Shown here: one piece after another, positions 1-11,400 of the stretch | How the letters are laid out: every line of letters starts with the position of its first letter | Position numbering within the stretch: the first letter of the stretch is position 1 | DNA from: Eledone cirrhosa | Taxonomy: Eukaryota | Assembly (NCBI GenBank): GCA_964016885.1 | Contig: OZ024751.1 | Coordinates: 48,360,001-48,424,000, forward strand | Direction of reading: 5' to 3' | Length of the DNA: 64,000 bases | The notes under the pieces: model-generated | What the model was told of the DNA's origin: nothing | What the model saw: only the letters and a program-made list of their open reading frames with translations | Databases searched by the model: none | Position numbers and translations under genes: made by a program

Positions 1-29
1 TAAATAAATATATATAATTATATATATGT

Positions 30-117
<88 letters not shown>

Positions 118-809
118 GCACATACATATATATACACAATTACTTATATCAAGCTGATATACGTGTGTAAAGCGATCTTGTCTGCCCGAGTGTTGCCTTT
201 TACTTTGTTACTTAACGAGCTTACACAAATTAGCTGCCTAGTCAAGTGTTTTTAAAAAGATCGTCCATTTCTTACAAATAGTTGAATAGCACGGAAATGG
301 CGGAATAACACGAAAGACTGCTCACACTGTTGGGGATAACTGATTACAAGATGGATGCCAATCTCATATCTCAACAAATGAGCGTGATTTGAGAATTTTG
401 GAATCAACACATTTTAGCATTCGTGTTTGGAAACATTTTGCATAAAGAAATAGCTCTTACCCTTTTTTCTTCTTCCTTCTTCTTTCTCCTTCTCCTCTTC
501 TTCCTCCTCTCCTACCCCTTCTCCTTTTTCTCCTTCGCCTCCTTACTGTGTGGGGAGGAGGAGGAGGAGGAGGAGAAGAAGGCTTCTCCCCCCCATTTTC
601 TCCCCACCTCCCCTTCTCCCCCACATTTTCTCCCGTCTCCTCCTTCTCCCCCTTCTCCCCCCCACAACTCTCCACCTCCTACTCATCCCCTCTCTCCCCC
701 ACATCTCTCCTCCTCCTCAATCTCCTCCTTCTCCGCCATATCTTTTCTCCACTTCTTCCTCCCCAAACCCCCTCTCCTCCCTCTCCTCCCCTCCTTCTTA
801 TCGTCCCCA

Positions 810-1030
810 AAGACCACAAAAACAAACAAACAAACAAACCAAACAAACCAAACAAACCAAACAACCAAACAAACCAAACAAACCAAACAAACCAAACAAA
901 CCAAACAACCAAACAAACCAAACAAACCAAACAAACCAAATAAACAAACCAACCAAACAAACCAAACAAACCAAACAAACCAAACAAACCAAACAAACCA
1001 AACAACCAAACAAACCAAACAAACCAAAAA
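810..1030. repeat. 9-bp minisatellite (CAAACCAAA)n
   Basis: Direct tandem copies of aaccaaaca; explains the TKQ/NKP pseudo-ORFs. Confidence 0.9.
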
Positions 1031-1087
1031 AAACTACAACAGAAGAAAGAAACAAGTAAATAAATATTGTGTTAATTATTGTAAATA

Positions 1088-1330
1088 ATGGCAGTATCAG
1101 TAGAGGGTCGTAGTGGATTGGCAGTATCAGTAGAGGGTCGTAGTGGATTGGCAGTATTGGTAGAGGGTCGGACGCCATGCTTTCCAGCATAGTTACGTCC
1201 CTTTACGATCTGAGTTCAAATCCCGCCGAGGTTGACTTTGCCTTTCATCCTTACGGGGTCGATAAAATAAAGTACCAGTAATGCACTGGGTAATTGCTGG
1301 CCTTGTGCCTAAAGTAGAAACAATTATTGT
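1088..1330 (+). mobile_element. tRNA-derived SINE (family S1) with triplicated 30-bp head
   Basis: A-box-like tggcagtat..gtagag, B-box gttcaaatcc, central gactttgcctttcatccttacggggtcgataaaataaagtaccag, tail ggccttgtgcctaaagtagaaacaattatt; about 10 other copies in the window. Confidence 0.85.
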
Positions 1331-1344
1331 AAATACATAGTTAA

Positions 1345-1572
1345 CACCATAATTGTCTGTCGGACTACAGGTTCTGTGGCCTAGAGTTACTTCCCTTTAC
1401 GTTCTGAGTTCAAATCATGCCGAGGTTAGCTTTGCCTTCATCCTTATGGAGGTGGTGGTAGGGGTAGGATGGCGATAAAATAAAGTACCACTGTGGTCGA
1501 TTTAATCGACTTCTCCCACCAGAATCCCTTCATATTGCTGGCCTTGTGCCTAAAGTTGAAATAATTATTATC
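1345..1572 (+). mobile_element. SINE S1 copy, diverged
   Basis: gagttcaaatcatgccgaggttagctttgccttcatcc...gataaaataaagtacc...ggccttgtgcctaaagttgaaataattatt. Confidence 0.8.
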
Positions 1573-1644
1573 AATGTCTGTCTTTTTTCTCCTCCTCCTA
1601 CTTCTTCTTCTCATATTGCTCCTCCCCTTCCTCCTCCTCCTTCT

Positions 1645-2110
1645 TGATGTTGTTGTTGTTGTGGTTGTTATTGTTGTTGGTGTTGTTGGTGGTGGTGGTG
1701 TTGGTGGTGTTGTTGGGGGGTGTTGGTGTTGTTGGTGTTGTTGTTGGTGTTGGTGTTGTTGTTGATGCTGTTGTTGGTGTTGTTGATGGTGGTGTTGTTG
1801 TTGGTGTTGTTGTTGGTGTTGGTGTTGTTGTTGGTGTTGATGTTGTTGGTGGTGTTGTTGGTGGTGGTGTTGTTGTTGATGTTGTTGTTGTTGGTGTTGT
1901 GGTGGTGCTGTTGGTGTTGTTGTTGTTGGTGGTGTTAGTGTTGTTGTTGGTGTTGTGGTAGTGGTGGTGATGTTGGTGTTGTTGTTGTTGTTGGTGGTGG
2001 TGTTGTTGTTGTTGGTGTTGTTGTTGGTGGTGGTGTTGTTGTTGTTGGTGGTGGTGTTGTTGGTGTTGTTGTTGGTGTTGTTGTTGTTGTTGTTGTTTGT
2101 GGTGGTGGCG

Positions 2111-2145
<35 letters not shown>

Positions 2146-3181
2146 GGTGGTGGTGTTGTTGGTGTTGATGTTGTTGGTGGTGTTGTGGTGGTGGTGGTGT
2201 TGTTGTTCGTGGTGTTGTTGGTGGTGCTGTTGTTGTGGTGGTGGTGTTGTTGTTGTTGTTGGTGGTGTTGATGTTGTTGGTGGTGTTGGTGGTGTTGGTG
2301 GTGGTGGTGTTGTTGTTGGTGTTGGTGTTGTTGTTGTTGGTGTTGTTGTTGGTGTTGATATTTTGTTGGTGTTGATGTTGTTGGTGGTGTTGGTGGTGGT
2401 GCTGTTGTTGTTGGTATTGTTGTTGTTGTTGTTGTTGGTGGTGTTGTTGTTGTTGGTGTTGTTGTTGGTGGTGGTGTTGTTGTTGTTGGTGGTGGTGTTG
2501 TTGGTGTTGTTGTTGGTGTTGTTGTTGTTGTTGTTTGTGGTGGTGGCGTTGTTGTTGTTGTTGTTGTTGTTGTTGGTGTTGTTGGTGTTGATGTTGTTGG
2601 TGGTGTTGTGGTGGTGGTGGTGTTGTTGTTCGTGGTGTTGTTGGTGGTGCTGTTGTTGTGGTGGTGGTGTTGTTGTTGTTGTTGGTGGTGTTGTTGTTGG
2701 TGTTGTTGTTGTTGGTGTTGATGTTGTTGGTGGTGTTGGTGGTGTTGGTGGTGGTGGTATTGTTGTTGGTGTTGGTGTTGTTGTTGTTGGTGTTGTTGTT
2801 GGTGTTGATATTTTGTTGGTGTTGATGTTGTTGGTGGTGTTGGTGGTGGTGCTGTTGTTGTTGGTATTGTTGTTGTTGGTGGTGTTGGTGGTGGTGTTGT
2901 TGTTGGTGTTGTGGTAGTGGTGGTGTTGTTGGTGTTGTTGTTGTTGTTGTTGGTGGTGGTGTTGTTGTTGGTGTTGTTGTTGGTGTTGTTGTTGTTGTTG
3001 CTGTTGGCTGTGGTGGTGGTGTTGGTGGTGGTGGTGTTTTTGGTGGTGTTGTTGGTGATGGTGTTGTTGTTGTTGTTGGTGGTGGTGGTGTTGTTGTTGG
3101 TGTTGTTGTTGTTGTTGGTGGTGTTGTTGTTGTTGTTGGTTGTGGTGGTGGCGTTGTTGTTGTTGGTGGTGTTGTTGTTGG

Positions 3182-3215
<34 letters not shown>

Positions 3216-4035
3216 GGTTGTGGTGGGGGTTTGTTGTTGGTGGTGTTGTTGGTGTTGTTGTTGTTGTTGTTGGTGTTGGTGTTGGTGGTGGTGTTGTTGT
3301 TGTTGTTGGTTGTGTAGGTGGTGTTGTTGTTTTTGGTGGTGTTGTTGGTGTTGTTGTTGTTGTTGGTGGTGGTAGTGGTGGTGGTGGTGTTGTTGGTGTT
3401 GTTGTTGGTGTTGTTGTTGTTGTTATTGTTGTTGGTGGTGGTGTTAGTGGTGGTGTTGTTGGTGTTGTGGAGGTTGTTGGTGTTATTATTGTTGTTATTG
3501 CTGATGTTGTTGTTGTTGTTGTTGGTGTTGTGGAGGTTGTTGGTGTTATTGTTGTTGTTAATGCTGATGTTGTTGTTGTTGGTGTTGTGGAGGTTGTTGG
3601 TGTTATTATTGTTGTTATTGCTGATGTTGTTGTTGTTGTTGGTGTTGTGGAGGTTGTTGGTGTTATTGTTGGTGTTATTGCTGATGTTGTTGTTGCTGTT
3701 GGTGTTGTGGAGGTTGTTGGTGTTATTGTTGGTGTTATTGCTGATGTTGTTGTTGTTGTTGGTGTTGTGGAGGTTGTTGGTGTTATTGTTGGTGTTATTG
3801 CTGATGTTGTTGTTGTTGTTGGTGTTGTGGAGGTTGTTGGTGTTATTGTTGGTGTTATTGCTGATGTTGTTGTTGTTGTTGGTGTTGTGGAGGTTGTTGG
3901 TGTTATTGTTGTTATTGCTGATGTTGTTGTTCTTGTTGGTGTTGTTGGGGTTGTTGTTGTTGTTATTGTTGTTATTGCTGATGTTGTTGTTCTTGTTGGT
4001 GTTGTTGGGGTTGTTGTTGTTGTTATTGCTGATGC
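1645..4035. repeat. Compound (GTT/GGT)n trinucleotide satellite with higher-order units (60-bp unit x ~8 at ~3460-3910; internal duplications of several hundred bp)
   Basis: Lines 3601-3900 repeat with 60-bp period; gttcgtggtg landmark at ~2205 and ~2628. Confidence 0.9.
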
Positions 4036-4209
4036 AATGAAGTGGTGTTCGATTATAGACCTGTGCACGCGCTTTTGATAATAAAATGCAGTTGTGATGC
4101 ACCTAAGTGGGATGCAGAAAGACAGTCGTTGCGTGTTGCATAGTGAAGTGATTCAAAATACCGCAAGGAGGGGGAGGGTGGCCGTAAGGGGCTACAAGAA
4201 GAGGGATGC

Positions 4210-4339
<130 letters not shown>

Positions 4340-4350
4340 CATATATACAC

Positions 4351-4487
<137 letters not shown>

Positions 4488-4500
4488 GGTATATATATAT

Positions 4501-4547
<47 letters not shown>

Positions 4548-4597
4548 GAGAGAAAGAGAGAAAGAGAGAAAGAAATAGAGAGAGAGAGAGGGGGAGT

Positions 4598-4641
<44 letters not shown>

Positions 4642-4917
4642 GTCAGATGTATACGGTGTGTGTGTGTGTGAGTAAAATCCATTTATAATACAGACACACG
4701 CACAGACATACACACAGACGCACAGACACACACACAGAGGCACATATATACTGTTGTAATCACTTGGTAGAAATATCCTAGGTAGAAAGCAACGCGAGTC
4801 CATAGGGCAGACTTTTAATGAAGGCCAGTTACTAGAACGGAACCATACCAGCAACGTACGTCTCTTGGTCTGGAGGCTCAGCTTTTTTAACTTGTGCCAA
4901 TGGAAATAAACTGGAAA

Positions 4918-5030
4918 TACGGCTGATTGGTTAGAGAACTAGATTCGCAATCGTGAGGTTTTCAGTTCGATTCCTAGACCAGGCGATGCGTTATGTCCTT
5001 GAGGAAGACACTTTATTTCACGTTGCTCCT
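4918..5030 (+). mobile_element. tRNA-derived SINE with CORE-like domain (family S2), 5' part
   Basis: ggctgattggttagag (A box), gttcgattcc (B box), tgtccttgaggaagacacttt resembling the CORE motif; homolog on the minus strand at ~59140-59260. Confidence 0.7.
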
Positions 5031-5127
5031 TCTACCTGGAGTTCGACCGATAGACAGTATTAACAATTGCAAAGACCAACGGAAACATCGTTTCCTCGGT
5101 CCGATTTGACGAAAGTCGATAGACAAA

Positions 5128-5174
<47 letters not shown>

Positions 5175-5177
<3 letters not shown>

Positions 5178-5712
5178 GATAAATCTACCAAAAGTTTACG
5201 GTAGTGTCCAATCCGTATGAAGAACTCAATGTAATCCGGATATCATGGAACGAAGAGATGCATTAAAAAATCACTTTCGGTGAAAGATAAACGGAATACA
5301 GAGTCAAGATAAAATATAAAAAAAATAATGAATAAAACAAAGAAACAGTTCCTTATATTAAACAAAAAAAGTTCATTATTTAACGATCGTTTCTAGGACA
5401 TATATGTGTTAGAATTGGCATGCATATTCAAAAGATCTATGTACAAAATTATACAAACTATCAAGGAGAATATACATACCATCACATATATATGCTGTCT
5501 TCAGAAATAATTATTTCTGAAGACAGCATATATATGTGATGGTATGTATATTCTCCTTGATAGTTTGTATAATTTTGTACATAGATCTTTTGAATATGCA
5601 TGCCAATTCTAACACATATATGTCCTAGAAACGATCGTTAAATAATGAACTTTTTTTGTTTAATATAAGGAACTGTTTCTTTGTTTTATTCATTATTTTT
5701 TTAATATTTTAT
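5175..5712. mobile_element. Penelope-like non-coding fold-back element in (TA)n: ~200-bp inverted arms (5309-5510/5511-5712, one mismatch seen), no spacer, ~135-bp tail
   Basis: Symmetry centre cagaaataa|ttatttctg; each arm carries an HHR; (TA)n on both sides. Confidence 0.75.
5511..5645 (+). ncRNA. Type I hammerhead ribozyme with ~100-nt stem II (mirror copy 5376-5510 on minus)
   Basis: Stem I ttattt/aaataa; CUGAAGA 5517-5523; stem II pairs atatatatgtg/cacatatatgt and gtatgtatattc/gaatatgcatgc; GAAA 5628-5631; palindromic stem III cgatcg; GUU triplet. Confidence 0.7.
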
Positions 5713-6023
5713 ATATATATATATATATCGTTAGAGAATTGGATATGTGTTCTAGATCTCTTCTTTCTTAACTCAAATCCACCTGAGGTCTACTTTCGAT
5801 GTCGATAGAGAAGCTACCACACCATTGCAGATGCAGTTCCTGTTCTGGTTCCACTGTATGTATGTATGTATGTATGTATGTATGTATGTATGTATGTATG
5901 TATGTATGTATGTATGTATGTATGTATGTATGTATGTATGTATGTATGTATGTATGTATGTATGTATGTGTGTATGTATGTATGTATGTATGTATGTATG
6001 TATGTATGTATGTATGTATGTAT

Positions 6024-8108
6024 GTCCATATCCTGTCAAACAAAGAGTGAAGATGTTGCAGGAGTCTCTCACCACCATATTGTAGGAGCTCAGCCTGTAT
6101 GCCATCCATACCTGGAGATCTTCCACTGTTCAGCTTCGAAATAGCCACTGCAACCTCCACAAGCGTCGGAGGTTCTGCGAGAGCTACTTTCACAGGACTT
6201 TCTGGAATGAGATTGAGGAAATCTTCACTGACGACAGACGGCTGATTCAAAGGCAGGATATGGGCTAATGAATCCGTACCTGAGGACTGGAGAGATGCAG
6301 TAATGGTGGTCTTGTACAAGGGAAAGGGTAACAGGAACGATTGTGGGAACTACAGAGGTATATCATTGCTTTCAGTCGTAGGGAAAGTTTTATGTAGGGT
6401 GCTTCTGGACCGTCTGCTGACACACATTGCAGATTGTGTTCTTCCTGAAAGTCAATCTGGTTTTCGTGCTGGACGCGGCACTACTGATATGATCTTCTCA
6501 GCTAGACAGCTCCAGGAGAAGTGAATGGAACAAGGCTTGGATCTGTATCAGGTTTTTGTCGATCTGACAAAAGCTTTCGATACTGTTAACAGAGATGCAT
6601 TATGGAAGGTTCTCCAGAAACTTGGTTGCCCTGATAAGTTCCTTGCTTTAGTTAGGTCTTTCCATGACGACATGAAGGCTTGGGTTAATGTCGGGGGTAA
6701 CATGTCGGAGCCTATCTCAGTAAAAAATGGAGTGAAACAGGGGGATATTCCAGCACCGACCCTGTTTGCCATATACTTTGCAATGGTTTTCTGTATTGCA
6801 TTCAGGAATTGCGAGCATGGTGTTTACATCCGATATCGAACCTCAGGCAGCATATTTAACATCAGGCGCTTTGCTGCGAAGACAAAAGTCTTTACATCAA
6901 TCATAAGAGACCTCTTGTATGCAAATGATTGCGATCTTGTAGCGCACACAGAGAGTGATATGCAGCACATTTTGAATACATTTTCTGACGCTTGCACTGC
7001 CCTTGGTCTGACTGTCAGTCTCAAGAAAACCGTCGTCATGTACCAACCTGCCCCTGGTAAGCAGTACACTGAACCAAACATCTATATGTATGGCAAACGA
7101 CTTGGAGTGGTTGATCAGTTTGTCTACCTGGGAAGCACTGTCAATCGATACAGCAACCTTGACAGTGAAATCTCACTTAGGATTAGGAAAGCAAGTGATG
7201 CTTTCGGAAAGCTAGAAAGGCGACTCTGGGGTCGGCGAGATATATGCAGGAGGACAAAGGTAAAGGTGTACAGGGCATGTGTGCTCTCTTGTCTTCTTTA
7301 TGCCTGCGAGACCTGGGTCACATATCGACACCACCTTAAACAATTGGAGCGTTTCCATCAGATGTGTCTCAGACGGATCCATGGCGTTCACTGGAGGGAC
7401 CACATCAGTGATGTCGAGATTTTGGAAAGCTCTATGTGTGACAGTATAGAAGCTCTTGTGCTTAAGCAACGACTCCGTTGGAGTGGTCACCTTACCAGGA
7501 TGAAGGATTCTAGAATACCAAAACAACTCTTTTATGGAGAGTTGGTTAAAGGAAAACGACCGCCACATAAACCAAAAAAGAGGTATAAAAATTCCTTGAG
7601 AGCCTCTCTGAAAGACGCTAACATCTCTGCTGATACATGGGAGAATATTGTTGCTTATCGTAATAAATGGAGAAAGACTGTATATGAGGGAAAAGTTGCC
7701 TTTGAGGCATCTCGAATCGCATACGAGAAAGTAAAGCGGGATGTGAGGAAGGGCATTGCTGTTGCACTTCCAAACGGCGAGGGTCCTCCTATTGTGCTGA
7801 CATGCAGCGTATATGCGAGACTCTGCCTAAGCAAAGCTGGACTCGAAAGTCATCTTCGCAGTCATAAAGTAAGACCAGTGGTTGACTACCAGGCTGCTGT
7901 TGGAGATGCTACTCATCATGCTTGCCAAACATGTGGTAGAGAATGTAAATCAGCAGGAGGGCTCAAGCGACATGCAAAAGTACACGAACTCCAACCACAG
8001 CCGACTATTCCCAGTGAATGTTTTGGTTGCCGACTCTGTGCAAGACATTTTAGATCATTGGCTGGGCTAAAAAGCCACATTCGATCGCAGCGCTGTTAGC
8101 TGGTATCG
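6024..8108 (+). mobile_element. RTE-clade LINE, 5'-truncated, with 5' inversion (6024-~6250 inverted)
   Basis: NYRGISLLSVVGK, FVDLTKAFDTV, GVKQGD, YLGS and LRWSGH motifs; the inverted piece encodes the directly upstream PPTLVEV..SPGMDGI..FDRIW; short 3' UTR then (TG)n. Confidence 0.9.
6255..8099 (+). pseudogene. RTE reverse transcriptase pseudogene with three C-terminal C2H2-like zinc fingers
   Basis: In-frame TGA at 6522-6524; catalytic YADD changed to YAND; fingers CSVY..HLRSH, CQTC..HAKVH, CRLC..HIRS. Confidence 0.85.
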
Positions 8109-8296
8109 TGTGTGTGTGTGTGTGTAGATATGCTTATGTGTGTGCGTGTGTGTGTATATATATATGTATATGTATATTATTATTGTTGTTGTCGTTATTA
8201 TTATTGTTGTTATGATTATTATTATTATTATTGTTATTAATGTATGTGTGTGTGTATATGTGTGTGTGTGAGTGTGTGTGTGTGTATATGTGTATG

Positions 8297-8365
<69 letters not shown>

Positions 8366-8412
8366 GTATATATATATTTTTTTTTCTTTTTTCTTTTTAT
8401 TTTCTTTTTATG

Positions 8413-8471
<59 letters not shown>

Positions 8472-8481
8472 GTTATTGTTA

Positions 8482-11400
8482 TTCCTTGAATCTCAGTCAT
8501 TGATGTTGGTTAACTGGAAAGTCCGTTGGATTGAATATCAAGCCACTACCTGCAGCCTCAGATATTCAGGACGTATCGGAGGGTTCTTGCCGTTCCAAGC
8601 AAGCATGCCTTTTGAAGCGTTCCAAAAAGCGTGAAGGGGCCGATTTTCTTTAACCATCCCTGGAAACCTTTGGAGATAGTCCCCAGTGCGCCTATGACAA
8701 TCGGGATCACTTTGACTTCATGGCAGTTCCAAATCCTTTTCACCTCCCACTTTAGGTCCTGGTATCGGTTAATTTTCTCCCTCTCCTTCTCTTGCACTCT
8801 CGTGTCGAACGGGCAGGCCACATCCACAATCAGGCACGATCTTTTTTCTTTGTCCACAACCACCAGGTCAGGTCTATTGTGTTCCAGTTTTTTGTCCGTC
8901 TGTATCCTAAAATCCCACAGCACCTTCACCTGACTGTTCTCCATCACCGCCTCTGGCCTATGCTCATACCATTTCTCAGAATGTGGTAGATTGTTTACTT
9001 TGCACAGGTGCCAGTGGATCACCCTGCCCATCACATCGTGTCTCCAGCCCTTATAGTGGGTCTGGGCTAGGTGTTTACACTCGGACACAATGTGGGCCAC
9101 AGTCTCCTCTCTCTCTCCACAGATCCTGCACAGTGGGCTAGCCTCCTCCTTGTAGATATGGTGCTTCAACCACTTCGTTTTGAGGGCCTGCTCCTGCGCA
9201 GCCATTAGCATTCCTTCTGTAGCCTTTTTGAGGTCTCCTCTTCTCAACCAGTTCCATGTCTGTGGATCTCTAAATTCAGTTTTCTCAAAGAAGGTACTAT
9301 GAAGGGATTTTCCCTTAAGGCTGCTCTTCCTCCTTGATGTTATTTCCTCCTTGGATATCCCCTGGCCTACTGTCCCCTCCTTCAGTACAGCTCTGAGCAT
9401 TGGCTCCTTACTATAGGTCACGTATTTGTATAGGTTGTTTTTCTCCATCTGAACACAGTCCTCTATGCTGATAAGACCTCTTCCACCCTCAGATCTCCTT
9501 AGGTAGAGTCTATCGACATCACTCCTCTTGTGGAACATGTTGTAGATAGTCAATAGCTTCCTAGTCTTCCTATCCATTTCTTTTTGTTCAGCAACATTCC
9601 ATCTCAGAATTCCCGCACTGTACCTAATAATAGACACAGCTCGGGAATTTACTGCGCTTATGGCATTTCTGCTGTTCAGATGTGACTTCAATACGCTCCT
9701 TACTCTCCGAATGTATTCAGTTCTTAACAATTCCTTCATTTTTTTGTTCTTTATGCCATCAGCCTCCAGAACGCCCAAATACTTGTATCCTTCCTCAGAG
9801 TCAATTTCCTTTATCATCTCACCTGTTGGTATCTGGATCCCGTTACTTCTGCTCAACCTACCCCTCCTCATCACAATGACTCCACATTTACCAATACCAA
9901 ACTGCATACATATATCACTGCTGAAAATACGGACAGTGTCAACAAGCACATCCAACTCCTTCTCACTTTTCCCGAAGAGCTTAAGATCGTCCATGAAGAG
10001 GAGGTGATTGATGGTAAGCTCTCCCCTTCCCAACTTGTATCCTGCTCTCACTTTTCGCAGCATAATGGTCAAGGGCATCAGGGCAAGGACAAACAACAGA
10101 GGGGACAGGCTATCTCCCTGGAAGATACCTCTCTTGATCTTCACGCTTCCCAAGGATACTCCAGTTGATGTCAACTCTGTCTCCCAGGACCCCATACTCC
10201 TGCCCAGCAACTGTCTGATGCTATCTGCCACCCTGAAGATCTCCAGGCTTTTGGTGATCCAGGAATGAGGCACCATGTCAAATGCCTTTCTGTAGTCTAT
10301 CCATCCCATGGCAAGATCAGTGTGTCTCCTCCTGCAATTCCCCATTACCATCTTATCAATAAGCAACTGGTCCTTTGTACCACGTGACTTCTTTCGGCAT
10401 CCTTTCTGTTCGTCCGGCAACAAGTTGTTTGTGTGGAGGTGATGGTAGATTTCCTCAGACACAATGCTCGTCAACAGTTTCCACATTACGGGCAGACATG
10501 TGATAGGTCTATAGTTGGTAACATCATTACCCTTGATTCGGTCTTTCATTATCAGAACTGTGGTACCTTTTGTCAACCACTCTGGCACCTCACCCGACAC
10601 CAAGCAGTCATTGAACATGGCCGTCAGCTTCGGGTGGAGGGATGTTAAATGTTTAATCCAATACCCCTGCACACCATCTGGGCCTGGTGATTTCCAGTTG
10701 GTTAGTTTTTTGGCTTGCCCCTTAAGAGTTTCAACTGTGATACTCAAATCAGTCTGTTGTTGTGCCTGCTCACCGATCTCCCTCTGTACTGTCTCAATCC
10801 ACCCTGCCTGGGCATTGTGTCTAACATCCTGCTCCCATATTCCTCTCCAGAATGTTTTAGCTTGTTCCGCCCCAGGGATCAAGTCGGTGCCTCTTTCTTT
10901 CCCCTCAAGCTGTCCAAACAGCATCTTCTGGTTGTTGTCGAACATGCGGTTCTGTTTATACTGACTGACTCTGTTCTCGTATCGCCTGATTTTGGCACTC
11001 TTTGCTACAATGCGTTGCTTCAATTCCTCTATGATAATATTTAGCTTTTTACTCCTAGTTTTGTATTTTATTTCCAGTCTATTTTTAGTGCCTATGTTTT
11101 TTAGTGTCCCATTCAGTAGTGACTCAAGCTTTCCTATGTCATTTCTCATTTCCCCGATTTGCCCACTCAGTCGCTTCTTCCACCACGGCTCTGCTCTTTC
11201 TTGTCTGTTGTTTCCTCTCGCTTTTATACCAAGTAGTTTCCTCACCGTATTTGCTGTTGCTTTGAGGATATTGTTGCACTGGTGAAGACTCCTCGCCTCA
11301 AGGTATGGGATGACTTTGTTTACCTTAGCTGTTGTTTCTTTTAACTTTTTCCTGTCTACAAATCTTAGGTTCATAGGTCTCCCACTATCATTGTTCAACT

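Noticed and set aside
1444-4102. 874-aa and 834-aa mucin-like or poly-N/Q ORFs
   Set aside because: Trinucleotide satellite open in several frames on both strands, with no unique domain or splice context
4918-4985. tRNA gene
   Set aside because: A and B boxes are present, but there is no acceptor stem and the sequence continues into a SINE body
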